Positions 8,783-18,700 of a stretch of DNA of 64,000 nucleotides are shown piece by piece. Positions within the stretch are counted from its first letter, which is position 1. Each line of letters opens with the position of its first letter. Location of the stretch: positions 72,496 through 136,495 of the forward strand of contig JAQTMH010000003.1 in NCBI GenBank assembly GCA_028714495.1, in the 5' to 3' direction. The notes beneath the pieces were generated by a model, which worked only from the letters and a program-made list of their open reading frames with translations, was not told the DNA's origin and ran no database searches. Origin of the DNA: Patescibacteria group bacterium. Its GTDB lineage: Bacteria > Patescibacteriota > Patescibacteriia > JAHIZJ01. Position numbers and translations under genes: made by a program.

Positions 8783-10438
8783 TTACATTGAATTTGGCAC
8801 GGACACTCCCATGAGCTTTAAGCAATTTCGCAAAACCACCCGAGTGGCTTTTATTAGAACGACGCGGTTTTGATTTACCTCGCCCTGGTTAATTACCCGG
8901 CACTGGGTGTAAAAATTGTGAAATAATTCAGCCACCTTGATCGTGTAAAACGGCAAACGCTGCACTTCATATGTTTCGCAAACATCCTTCAAAAGGTCGG
9001 GCAGGCGGAGCAGCTCCTTCAGCAGGTCAATTTCGGCCTGGTGGTCAAATTCCTCGATCCTGCTCGGCTGTTTGGAAATTTTCCGCAGCTCTGACTGCTT
9101 CAGTATACTACAAATCCTGGCGTGCGCATACTGAACATAGTATACCGGATTCTTCTCGGACTTTTCTTTGGCTAAGTCTAAATCAAAATCCATGTGGGTA
9201 TCGCTTGAACGCATCAGGAAAAAGAACCGCGCCACGTCCAGCCCGACGTCATCGACCAATTCTTCCAGCGTGACAAAGGTCCCGCTCCGCTTCGACATCT
9301 TCACTTCCTTATTTTGTGAAATCAGCCGGACCAGCTGGACAATTATGATATCCAAGCGGCCGGGCCAGCCCAGGGCCTTTTTCACCGCTTGCATCCTGAT
9401 AACATGGCCCTGGTGGTCCGCCCCCCAAATGTCCACCACGCGGTTAAATCCCCGTTCGACAAATTTGTTCCAGTGATAGGCGACATCGGATAGAAAATAG
9501 GTATTTTCCCGGTTAGCCTTGATCGCGACACGATCCTTGTCATCTCCAAAAGCGCTGGTCTTTATCCAGGTCGCGCCCTCCTGTTTGTAAATCAAGTCTT
9601 TGGCTTTCAGTTGTTCAAGGATGTTTTTCACCGCGCCCTGGCGATAAAGTTCGCTTTCGTAATACCATTTATTGAATCTGATCTTCAGTTTTTCCTGAAC
9701 CATTCGTTGAATATCGTCAATCATGATTTTCAATATTTTTTCCTTAATCCTTTTTTTCAGGCGGTTCAAATCTTTCAGCTTAACATTGCCTAAAGTCAAT
9801 TTTTTTGCCAAATCCTTGATATATTCACCCTGGTAACAGCGTTCGGGGAAATCAACCTTTAGGCCGTGCTTTTGCAGATACCGGCGGATAACCGACTCAG
9901 CTAAAATCTCGAGTTGATTGCCGATATCGTTAATGTAATATTCGCGTCTGGCTTCATAACCCTGGCTCGAAAAAATTCTGGCCAAGGTATCTCCCAAAAA
10001 GGCTCCCCGGCCATTGCCTAAGTGAATCGGTCCGGTGGGGTTCGCGGAAATGAACTCTACCTGCACTTTTTCATTTTGACCACTGTCTCCCTTGCCATAG
10101 TTGCGGTCAGCTTCGATTATCCTGGTCACTTGCTGGCTCAGCCAAAGCTTGCCCAAAGTAAAATTTATGAATCCGGGCATGACCGCTTCAATCCGCGTAA
10201 ATTTATTTTGAAAATTCCGGCTCAGGCTGCCGATTATTTTCTCGGCTAGGTCCAGGGGATTTCGCGACAACCGGCGGGACAGCTGCAGCGCGATTGATGA
10301 AGAGATGTCGCCGAATGAAGCGTCTTTCGTATACTCAACCGTTTGAAAGAAAAAATCCTGACCTACTTCAGTCTTTAGCTCCGGCCAGAGTTCATGGCAA
10401 ACTCGTTTTAATTGGAGTGATATCTCTTTCTTGAGCAT
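8783..10438 (-). CDS. argS: Arginyl-tRNA synthetase
   Basis: SANPTGPIHLGNGRGAFLGD, MSKRSG, an anticodon-binding C-terminus. 551 aa. Confidence 0.9.
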   Translation of the reverse strand: MLKKEISLQLKRVCHELWPELKTEVGQDFFFQTVEYTKDASFGDISSSIALQLSRRLSRNPLDLAEKIIGSLSRNFQNKFTRIEAVMPGFINFTLGKLWLSQQVTRIIEADRNYGKGDSGQNEKVQVEFISANPTGPIHLGNGRGAFLGDTLARIFSSQGYEARREYYINDIGNQLEILAESVIRRYLQKHGLKVDFPERCYQGEYIKDLAKKLTLGNVKLKDLNRLKKRIKEKILKIMIDDIQRMVQEKLKIRFNKWYYESELYRQGAVKNILEQLKAKDLIYKQEGATWIKTSAFGDDKDRVAIKANRENTYFLSDVAYHWNKFVERGFNRVVDIWGADHQGHVIRMQAVKKALGWPGRLDIIIVQLVRLISQNKEVKMSKRSGTFVTLEELVDDVGLDVARFFFLMRSSDTHMDFDLDLAKEKSEKNPVYYVQYAHARICSILKQSELRKISKQPSRIEEFDHQAEIDLLKELLRLPDLLKDVCETYEVQRLPFYTIKVAELFHNFYTQCRVINQGEVNQNRVVLIKATRVVLRNCLKLMGVSVPNSM

Positions 10439-10788
10439 GCTGATATTATACTAGAAAATTCATTGACAAACAATAGAAAAACCCGCTTTTGAGCAAAAAC
10501 GGTTTTGTCTGAATCAAACCTTTTCCTGTCGTTATTTTCAAAAGACTCTAGCTAACTCGCTACAAGGCTCATTTTTACTAATTTTACATAACAAGATAAT
10601 ATTAGGACTTACGCGTTTGAGCCAAGTTCGAGGAAAAATGCGAGGATTTTGCGAGGCGTAGTCAAACTACGACGAGCAAAAACGTAGCATTTTGACAAAG
10701 AAATTGGCCAAAGCCGCTGATGGAACCGGCTTCGCCGGGCCGAAAGCGGCAAGCGCGTAAGTCCTAAAAATGATAAAATACAATCAAT

Positions 10789-11241
10789 ATGCCAACCTTA
10801 GCTACAAATAAACACGCCCGCTTTCATTACGATATCCTGGACGAATTTGAAGCCGGGATCGCCTTAACCGGCGCTGAAGTAAAAGCCGCCCGGCTCGGGC
10901 AGGTCAATCTCAAGGGAAGCTATGTTTCAATCCACGAAAATATTCCCCTGCTTTTTAATTGCCATATCAGCCCCTATGCCCCGGCCAAGGGCAACCAGCG
11001 CCATTACTTGCCGACTCGGCCGCGCCTTTTGCTTTTGCGTGAGGCTGAGATAAAAAATCTGATCGGTAAAAGCTCGGTTCAGGGCTTGACATTAATCCCC
11101 TTATCTCTTTATACTAAGGGTAGCTTGATCAAGGTCAGCCTGGGACTCGGCCGCGGAAAAAAGCAGCACGATAAAAGAGCAACCGTCAAAAAACGCGAAA
11201 CCGAGCGCAACATCAGACGGGCCTTGAAACGCTCAAGATAA
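10789..11241 (+). CDS. smpB: SsrA-binding protein SmpB
   Basis: NKHARFHYDILDEFEAGIALTGAEVKAARLG...HISPY...RPRLLLL...GKKQHDKR. 150 aa. Confidence 0.9.
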   Translation: MPTLATNKHARFHYDILDEFEAGIALTGAEVKAARLGQVNLKGSYVSIHENIPLLFNCHISPYAPAKGNQRHYLPTRPRLLLLREAEIKNLIGKSSVQGLTLIPLSLYTKGSLIKVSLGLGRGKKQHDKRATVKKRETERNIRRALKRSR

Positions 11242-11246
11242 AACCT

Positions 11247-11636
11247 GGGGATGTCCAACATCGACGGGTAGCCCATTCAAAAACCGGCCAATCAGAGCTC
11301 CAGAACTCTGTCAAAATCTGGAAAAACGACAAATGCCAAGTCGACTTTCGCTAAACTGAAGAATGCTTTCGCATCATTCAGTTTTGCGCCCGCTGTTGCC
11401 TAATAATCAACAGCCATCCGTTCTCTTGACTCCTGATAGGGAGATAACGGGTGTCAAATTATCAGGACGGACGATTTATCCGTTTCAGTAAGTCGTTATC
11501 GGGCTATGAAGCTAGAATGAAGAGGGCTTTTGTCTGTCTTGACCCTTTTCATTCGAATCAATCGAGATAGACTATGTTGGTAGAAGGTTTTTGGAAAACT
11601 ATCCAGACAGGGGTGAAAGGCCCCTCATCTCCACCA
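11247..11636 (+). ncRNA. ssrA: tmRNA (ssrA), one-piece
   Basis: Begins GGGGAUGUCCAACAUCGACGGG (compare E. coli GGGGCUGAUUCUGGAUUCGACGGG). The acceptor stem GGGGAUG pairs with CAUCUCC, giving the G3:U wobble, and the RNA ends CCACCA at 11631-11636. A T-arm-like AGGGG-UGAAAGG-CCCCU is present. A candidate tag reading frame ends ...FAPAVA then UAA UAA at 11401-11406. Located 6 nt after smpB. Confidence 0.75.
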
Positions 11637-11737
11637 TGTACCACTCACAGAGTTTACCCCGATGTCTATCGGGGCTCGGGTACATGGCGGCTAGTGGAAT
11701 AAATTGCTCAAATCACTAACCATTAACTTCATAAGAA

Positions 11738-12241
11738 ATTACCACCTACAAAGTTAGAGTCAATCATTTCATCCGCGTACCACAGGTCAGATTGATTGAC
11801 GAAAACCAAGTTCAACTTGGAGTGGTTAACACCCACGAAGCCCTCCGGATTGCCCAAGAACGGGGACTTGATCTGGTTGAAGTTTCGCCGCTCGCAAATC
11901 CGCCAGTCTGCAAAATAATTGATTTTGGAGCCTATAAGTACCGCCAAGAAAAGGCCGAGCGTAAATCAAAAGCCAAACAAAAGAAAATCGAGCTAAAGGG
12001 CATCCGCCTGACTTTCAAAATCGGAACTCACGATTTTGAACACCGCGTCGGCCTCGCCATAAAATTTCTCGAATGTGGCGACAAAGTCAGGCTGGAAATG
12101 ATTCTGCGGGGCCGTGAAATGCAGCTTCAAACCCGGGCTCGCGAAAAAATCAAAGAATTTATTTCCCGCCTTGGCCCGGTGAAAGTAGAGCAGCCCTTAA
12201 GCCGCTTGGGCAACCGTTTAATTATGATAATCGGAAAATAA
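11738..12241 (+). CDS. infC: Translation initiation factor IF-3. The ORF-track M at 11792 is actually a TTG codon, not AUG. An in-frame upstream extension from 11738 restores the conserved N-terminus, and the true start is most likely a non-AUG codon, AUU at 11738.
   Basis: In-frame sequence upstream of 11792 reads ITTYKVRVNHFIRVPQVRLIDENQVQLGVV, matching the IF3 N-terminus (E. coli ...[23 protein letters not shown]). The reading frame opens after a TAA at 11732-11734. Confidence 0.8.
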   Translation: MTTYKVRVNHFIRVPQVRLIDENQVQLGVVNTHEALRIAQERGLDLVEVSPLANPPVCKIIDFGAYKYRQEKAERKSKAKQKKIELKGIRLTFKIGTHDFEHRVGLAIKFLECGDKVRLEMILRGREMQLQTRAREKIKEFISRLGPVKVEQPLSRLGNRLIMIIGK

Positions 12242-12438
12242 TGCCAAAAATCAAGACTCATAAAGGCACTAAAAAGAGATTTAGAATAACCTCATCTAAG
12301 AAAATCATGGCGCGTCAATCGGGTCAGGACCATTTTAATTCCCGGGAGCGCGGTCGAACGACCCGCAATAAGCGCCGCGATGAGCAAGTCAATGATAGCA
12401 ATAGATCATCCCTAAGAAAATTAATTCCCTATACCTAG
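12241..12438 (+). CDS. rpmI: 50S ribosomal protein L35
   Basis: MPKIKTHKGTKKRFRITSSKKIMARQSG... 65 aa. Overlaps the infC stop (ATAATG). Confidence 0.85.
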   Translation: MPKIKTHKGTKKRFRITSSKKIMARQSGQDHFNSRERGRTTRNKRRDEQVNDSNRSSLRKLIPYT

Positions 12439-12441
12439 AGT

Positions 12442-12786
12442 ATGCGAATCAAACGTGGAACCACCCATCTCAAAAGACGCCGCAGCCTTTTAAATAAAAC
12501 CAAAGGGTATCTTTGGGGCAGGAAGAGTAAAATCAAGCAAGCCAGAATCGCGGTTACCAAGGCCGGCGCCCATGCCTTTCGAGATCGCCGTTCAAAAAAA
12601 CGGGCCTTTCGAAAGCTCTGGCAGCTTCGGATCAACTCCGCCGCCCGCCAACATGGCCTCCCCTACTCAAAATTCATGGACGGAATAAATAAATCAAAAA
12701 TTGGTTTAGATCGGAAAGTTCTGGCTGACCTGGCGATGAACCATCCAAAAATATTCGAAGCGATTGTCAAAGAGGTTCAAAAATAG
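12442..12786 (+). CDS. rplT: 50S ribosomal protein L20
   Basis: MRIKRGTTHLKRRRSLLNKTKGY...AFRDRRSKKRAFRKLWQLRINSAARQHG. 114 aa. Confidence 0.9.
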   Translation: MRIKRGTTHLKRRRSLLNKTKGYLWGRKSKIKQARIAVTKAGAHAFRDRRSKKRAFRKLWQLRINSAARQHGLPYSKFMDGINKSKIGLDRKVLADLAMNHPKIFEAIVKEVQK

Positions 12787-12796
12787 AAAATATAAA

Positions 12797-12826
12797 CAGC
12801 CGATACTATCCTCGGCTGTTTTTTGT
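12797..12826 (+). terminator. Rho-independent terminator after the infC-rpmI-rplT operon
   Basis: acagccga-tactatcc-tcggctgt followed by TTTTT. Confidence 0.6.
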
Positions 12827-12856
12827 TACTCAATATATTGTCTACTCAAAACGATA

Positions 12857-14059
12857 TTACCGATTAAATATCGCGTCCAGTATTTTTACCCGGGTAATGA
12901 GAAAGGCCGGTATTAACCCCGAACCCAGCGCCACCCAGATTATCAGCTCCGCCCGGAATATCAAATCGACCGTGCTAACCGCCAGGGTAGCGTCCCCAAT
13001 CGGCAATTCAAACGGATGGGCGTTAAAATACGGGACCAGGGCGCCGAACAGAATGGCTAGGCCCAGCAAAACGCCAAAAACCGAATAGACGGCCGTTTGA
13101 ATCACATAGGTTGAACGAATTAGGTAGGATTTTATTCCAATCGCCCGCAATACGCCGATCTGCTGACGCTTCGAAGAAATATCGATGTAGATGACTATAA
13201 ATATCGTCACCGCGGCAATGAGAATTGCTACTGAAGTCATCAGGGCATTGATAAAGAGAAAGCTGTCTGTCACTGTGGCCATCAAACCAGCAACTTCTTT
13301 CCAGGTGTAAAACGAAAGATTTAATCCCCTAGCTCGCAATTGGTCAATTACTTCCTGTTCGTCGCCTTTCTCATCAAGCCGAACTACGATATTGGTCGCT
13401 ATGCCTTGATAGTTCGGGGTAATAGAATCTAAAGCCGCTTGGGTAATAAAAGCCCTTTGGTCAGTATCAATGAATTTAGTATAAAAAATTCCCTTGATAG
13501 TAAAGTTCTTGGTTAAGCCATCAAGCGTCAGTTTTACCTGGTCTCCGATTTTCGCGCCTTTGAATGAAAACGCGTCCATTTCAACACCCTCGCCGCCGGC
13601 AATTTGCCGGCCGATGATTATCTGGTCGGTATCAGTCACGTCGAGATAGCTCCCTGACGTCATTTTATTCGCGACATTGGTTACCCGCCGCTCTGCCTCG
13701 GGATCAATCGCCACCACCGGCCAACTGCCGCTTCGGTTATTAAAAGAGATGTTGGCTGGTAAAAATATCTGCGCGCTGGCTGCCTTAACCCGGTCAGTTG
13801 ATTCGATCTTGTTAATTGCCTCGGCCACATTTGGAATCACCTTTTCGCCCTCAGCCGGCGACATGGCCAGATGGCCGGTGTAGGTATCGATAATTTGATT
13901 ATTGGCGCTTTCGATAATGCCGGCAAAAAGCGAGGTGATAAACACCAGATTGATAAACGCGATCGCCATTAAAAAAACTATCAGGAGAAAAGTCCATTTG
14001 TTGCTCCGTTTCAAATACCGCCAGACCAGAAAAAATGGGATTTTGGTTTCTTGAGTCAT
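12857..14059 (-). CDS. ABC transporter permease, FtsX/MacB-like
   Basis: N-terminal TM, a large periplasmic domain, and a C-terminal FtsX-type 3-TM bundle. 400 aa. Overlaps the ATPase gene by 4 bp. Confidence 0.75.
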   Translation of the reverse strand: MTQETKIPFFLVWRYLKRSNKWTFLLIVFLMAIAFINLVFITSLFAGIIESANNQIIDTYTGHLAMSPAEGEKVIPNVAEAINKIESTDRVKAASAQIFLPANISFNNRSGSWPVVAIDPEAERRVTNVANKMTSGSYLDVTDTDQIIIGRQIAGGEGVEMDAFSFKGAKIGDQVKLTLDGLTKNFTIKGIFYTKFIDTDQRAFITQAALDSITPNYQGIATNIVVRLDEKGDEQEVIDQLRARGLNLSFYTWKEVAGLMATVTDSFLFINALMTSVAILIAAVTIFIVIYIDISSKRQQIGVLRAIGIKSYLIRSTYVIQTAVYSVFGVLLGLAILFGALVPYFNAHPFELPIGDATLAVSTVDLIFRAELIIWVALGSGLIPAFLITRVKILDAIFNR

Positions 14060-14733
14060 ACGATTTTACCGTCTGAAAGTTTAATCAGCCGATTGGCGCA
14101 AGCCGTCTCTTCCTGCTCGTGCGTGACCATGACAATCGTATGGCCGTCATCACGGTTAAGGGACTGGAAAATCGTTAGGACGTCTTTGGCCGCCAGCGTA
14201 TCGAGATTGGCCGTTGGCTCATCAGCGATAATTATCTTTGGGTCATTAATCAGGGCCCGGGCAATCGCCACCTTTTGCTGTTCACCGCCTGATAAGCGCT
14301 TGATCAGATGATTCAGGCGGTGCTCCAGTCCCACGCGTTTGAGCAGGCGCCTGGCTCTTTCCCGAACCACGGCCGGCTTGGCCAGCATCATGGCTGGCAG
14401 CATGACATTTTCCAAGGCTGTAAGTTCGGCAATTAAAGCGTAATTTTGAAAAATATAGCCGATTTTATTAAGCCGCAATTCCCGCCGATGTTTATCTGAC
14501 AGTTTCACAACCTCCTGCCCCTCCAGAAATATCTCCCCGCTGTCAGGCCAATCCAGCAAGCCCAGCTGATAAAGCAGGGTCGATTTGCCCGAACCATTGC
14601 GGCCAGTGACAACCATAAAATCTCCCGGCTGTATCGCCAGAGTCACATTCTGCAGGGCTTTTACCTGGACTTCACCCAAGCGGTAGGTCTTTGAAATATC
14701 TTTTACGGCGATCAGATCTTTACTAGTACCCAT
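14056..14733 (-). CDS. ABC transporter ATP-binding protein (MacB/LolD-like)
   Basis: GRNGSGKSTLL (Walker A), LSGGEQQKVAIARAL, IIIADEPTANLD (Walker B). Confidence 0.85.
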   Translation of the reverse strand: MGTSKDLIAVKDISKTYRLGEVQVKALQNVTLAIQPGDFMVVTGRNGSGKSTLLYQLGLLDWPDSGEIFLEGQEVVKLSDKHRRELRLNKIGYIFQNYALIAELTALENVMLPAMMLAKPAVVRERARRLLKRVGLEHRLNHLIKRLSGGEQQKVAIARALINDPKIIIADEPTANLDTLAAKDVLTIFQSLNRDDGHTIVMVTHEQEETACANRLIKLSDGKIV

Positions 14734-14817
14734 ATTACTATAAATAATTGGCTATTCGCTTTTATATATGAAATTTACCACGCTATCAATATTTTTTCAA
14801 ATTATCAAAGCACTCGT

Positions 14818-14846
14818 TTGACGTTAAGCCAATTCACCCCTATGAT
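14818..14846 (+). promoter_or_regulatory. Putative promoter: TTGACG, 17 nt, TATGAT. The -10 ends only 8 nt before the ATG, which implies a leaderless or near-leaderless mRNA.
   Basis: TTGACG at 14818-14823 and TATGAT at 14841-14846. The start codon is at 14855 with no SD. Confidence 0.4.
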
Positions 14847-14854
14847 ATTTATAT

Positions 14855-15648
14855 ATGAACGAAATGGCTACTTCGACAGGCATAATTATCATCGCCACCC
14901 TGGCCGTCAGTTTTGTGGGATTGATGGGCGGTGTTTTATTGATTATTAAAGAGCAATTCACCCGCCGCTGGTCAGCCTATTTTGTGAGTTTCGCCGCTGG
15001 CAGCATTCTCGGTGCCACGTTTCTAAATCTTTTGCCCGAAGCCTTTGACAAGGGAGCGGACAAGACCCGTGACATTATTATGGCTATTTTTATTGGTATC
15101 CTGGTTTTTTTCATACTCGAAAAATTGCTGGTCTGGCACCACACCCCCATGAGGACGAAACTCACGTCCACACCCGGATCTACAGCCATAATCTGGCGAC
15201 TGCCAGGCCATTGATTATTGTCGGCGACGCCCTGCATAATCTTCTGGACGGAGCGATAATAGCCATCGCCTTTATGACTGACACGACACTGGGCCTGATA
15301 ACCTCAGCCGCCGTGATTGCCCATGAAATTCCGCAGGAGATTGGCGACTTCAGTATATTAATCAGCAGCGGCATGGCTAAAGCTCGAGTCCTGATTTGGA
15401 ACATTGCTGGTGCCTTGATTGCGGTTTTGGGTGCGCTCATCGTTATCATCGCCCGGGAAACATTTGAAAATGTTGAAGTTCCAATTCTCGGATTCGTGAT
15501 CGGCAACTTTATCTACATTGCCTTAGCCGACCTTTTACCCACGATTCAGCACGAAAGGAAGCTGACCAATACTCTCAACCAGATCTTTTTGATATTCGCC
15601 GGCATAGGCGTGATCTGGCTTCTTGGCACAATTCTGCCTCACGAATAA
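14855..15648 (+). pseudogene. zupT: ZIP-family metal transporter (ZupT-like) split by a 1-nt frameshift in the His-rich cytoplasmic loop. Either a pseudogene or a homopolymer sequencing error.
   Basis: ORFs 14855..15214 and 15211..15648 together give a ZIP protein (...HEIPQEIGDF...). The downstream frame read upstream of 15211 gives PHPHEDETHVHTRIYSHNLATARPLIIVGDALHN. The shift is within CACCACACCCCC at about 15137-15148. Confidence 0.6.
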
Positions 15649-15658
15649 ATAGGCTACC

Positions 15659-15690
15659 ACAAAACTCCGTGTTATCCACGGAGTTTTGAT
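15659..15690. terminator. Bidirectional terminator hairpin between the convergent zupT and giant-protein genes
   Basis: aaaactccgtg-ttatc-cacggagtttt, flanked by T-rich sequence. Confidence 0.55.
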
Positions 15691-15709
15691 ATTTTCTATT
15701 CTCAAGTTT

Positions 15710-18700
15710 CTAATTTGCCGCGGTCGTGACCTGAACCCCGCCGCGGAATGTCTCGGCATAGGCCATAAACCAGTCTGAAGTCTCTAAGACGCCATTTGTC
15801 AGATTCAGCATTCTGACATTTGGGCCGCCGCCAGAAAGGGGCGAGATAACTATTTCAGACATTTGGTCCGCGTCAATATCAGCCAGTAAAACGTCTAATT
15901 TGGACCTAATAGCTTCACCATAGACCAGCGACCAATCAATTAGTCCGAGGTTCGAGGTTGTGGCGCTGTATTCATAAATCCGGAGGTTGGTTCCAGTCGC
16001 GCTATTTGGTGTTACAATTAAATCTTCGTAATTATCGCCATCAAGATAGCCGGCTGTCACATTGACTCCGCCGCGGAAAGTCTCGGCATAGGCCATAAAC
16101 CAGTCAACCAGACTAAATCCCGCGGTGGCCATGTCGTAGGCATACGTTCTGACGTTTGGGCCGCCGGAAACTGGGACAGTAACAATTTCATCAAGACCGT
16201 CGGCATTGATATCGGCCAGGGTTACCTTGACCCCATCACGGTACGTTTCCTGGTAAGCCATAAACCAATCAGCCAAACTGAATTCCTGAGTAGTCGAACT
16301 GTATTGATAGACGCGGACATTGGGACCGCCTTGGCCAACCGGAGATAACACAACCTCCAGCTTGGAATCGCCCATGACATTGCCAATTGCCAAGTTCACT
16401 CCGCCATTGAATTTCTCGCCATAAGCCATAAACCAATCAACCAGGGTCAAACCTTCAGCCGCGCTCTGGTATTTGTAGACCCGGACATTTGAACCGCCCT
16501 TTTCAGCCGGGACAGTAATAATCTCATCTCGTCCATCTCGATCAATATCAGCAGTTTCCACATTCAATTGTCCACGAAAACCTTCGTTGTAAGCCATTAT
16601 CCAGTCAAGCAAATGCAATTCCCTTGAACCGGTTAGGTAATTATAGACCCGGAGATTCGAACCACCGCCGCTTTTTGGCAAGACCACCAATTCATCACTG
16701 CCATCGGCATTTACATCAGCTGCCTCAACCGTGATTCCATTCTTAAACGCTTCCTGATAGGCAAAGACCTGAGAGATGAATTCACCACTTAGATTGAACA
16801 CCCGGATATGAGGGCTGAATTCCTTGTCTGGATAAGCGATAATTTCATCAGCGCCGTCGCCATTTAAATCAGCGGTTAAAACGTCAAATTTGCCGCGGAG
16901 ATTTTCATTGAAGGCGAAGAACGAAGCAGACACTTCCCCATTCGTGCCAAAGACACGAACTTGAGGACTGCCGTTTTCCGGTACAGTCACAATCTTTTCG
17001 CTGGCCTTGGTCGGTCGGAAAGCTACGGTTCGTGAAATGTCTGTTGAATCACTGTCTGTCTCAGCTGTAACTACCAAGGTATTATATCCCTTTTTCAAGC
17101 CAACAATCATAGCCGAGAAGCTTCCGGTCGAACCAACTGTTAAACTGGTATCAACACCATTCAATTGCGCTGTTACTTCAGCGGTGGCATCAGAAACGGT
17201 CCCGCTGACTGACACTGAATCAGTCGAGGCAACACTATTGTCCGTCGGGCTGGAAAGTGTTAGTTCGAGACCTTCCTCTTCCTGTTCAAGATCAGCGTTT
17301 TGCTTGTTTGTGACTAGGGCAAAATTGGTGAAATGATCTACCAAGAACGAGACAGTGTCATTATCTTTATCAACCGTGACATTATTCACCGTTTTCCAGG
17401 TTCCAGAGGTCTCGTCATAATACCTCGGCGCGATATCATCTTCAGTTATGCCCAGGGCGTCTAACTGCGCGTGAGTGTAGGGAATAGTAATTGTAACATT
17501 TGCCTGAAACGAGGTGATCAATTGATTTTGTGAATCTTTTGCTGTTAAGTCATATGCTAAGGCAATTGGTTTTGACGTAGCCGTAGAAGGCACGCCTTGG
17601 CCTTTTGGCGTGGCTGTCACTGTCACATCGCCGCTGGTATCTAGACTGTAGGCTGGCATATCGATTGTAGTTCCGTCCAATAATTGCATAGTTTTCGATT
17701 CAGTCGAATCAAACGTGGCTGTTTGAGCCGGTGGAATCGTAATGTCCGATTCGATCAAGGCCAAGTCTTGAGCAGCTGTGCCGCTATCAGGAACGGCAAC
17801 ATTAATTTCGTCACTTCGATAAAATTTAGTCACAGTTTCATAAGTGGCGCTGACATGCCAGGCCTGGTTTTTAATAATGTTCAGGCTGTAAGTACCATCA
17901 GAGCTTGCCGTGGTTTCCGAAAAAGCTCCATCCTCTGACCAGGCATTGATATAAGAATTGGCCATTGGTTGATCGTCCAGACTAACTGTGCCGGTAATCG
18001 TGCCATCGGCCTGCCTGAATTGCATTGTCACTTCAGCTGGACTTGAAGGACTTGTCGCCACCGCTTGTGCTTGGGGATAAATATACCCCTGATCTGTTGG
18101 CATTGAGGCTGAAACAAAATAATTTCCCTCTGGCACAGTAACCGAGAAATGACCATTGACATCAGAAATATTCCCCTGATTAAACATCGGACCAAAGAAT
18201 GAATCTGTCGTCGAGCTTCGACCGCCAAGTTCAGTATCAACTGAAACCCAGGCGTTGGACAGAGGCTGGCCGTTTGGATCCAGAATCGTACCACTAACAA
18301 CTGAATCAGCCTTCAGCATGGTTATATTGTGCGTTACCGTGCCATTGGCAATGGCTGTTATGGTGTTATCTTCTCCAAACGAGCTTATATATCCAGAAGC
18401 TGGATCTACCCAATAGCCGATATTCCAATCACCCGCGGCTACAGTTAAGGTGTATGTTCCATTTATAAATTGCGTCCATTGCTGACCGCCTGTACCATTA
18501 TTGGCAAATACTTCTCCCCAGACACTGTTTATCGGATTGCCGTCGCGGTCGAGCAACGAGCCGGAAATTGTGGCGTTGTTTGGCAGAAGCGTTATCACTG
18601 TTCCTTCATGGGTTTCACCCGTGCCAACGGTAACCGTGGCTTCGGCTGAAGGCGTGTAATTAGAGCTCGGGGGCATAAAGAGTCCGATTTGGTAGGTGCC

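Noticed and set aside
11729-11947. 72-aa minus-strand ORF
   Set aside because: Antisense to the infC 5' region, which is clearly coding on the plus strand.
17007-17336. 109-aa plus-strand ORF, and similar ones at 17684-17938, 18689-19015, 19317-19674
   Set aside because: All antisense within the 1552-aa giant gene.
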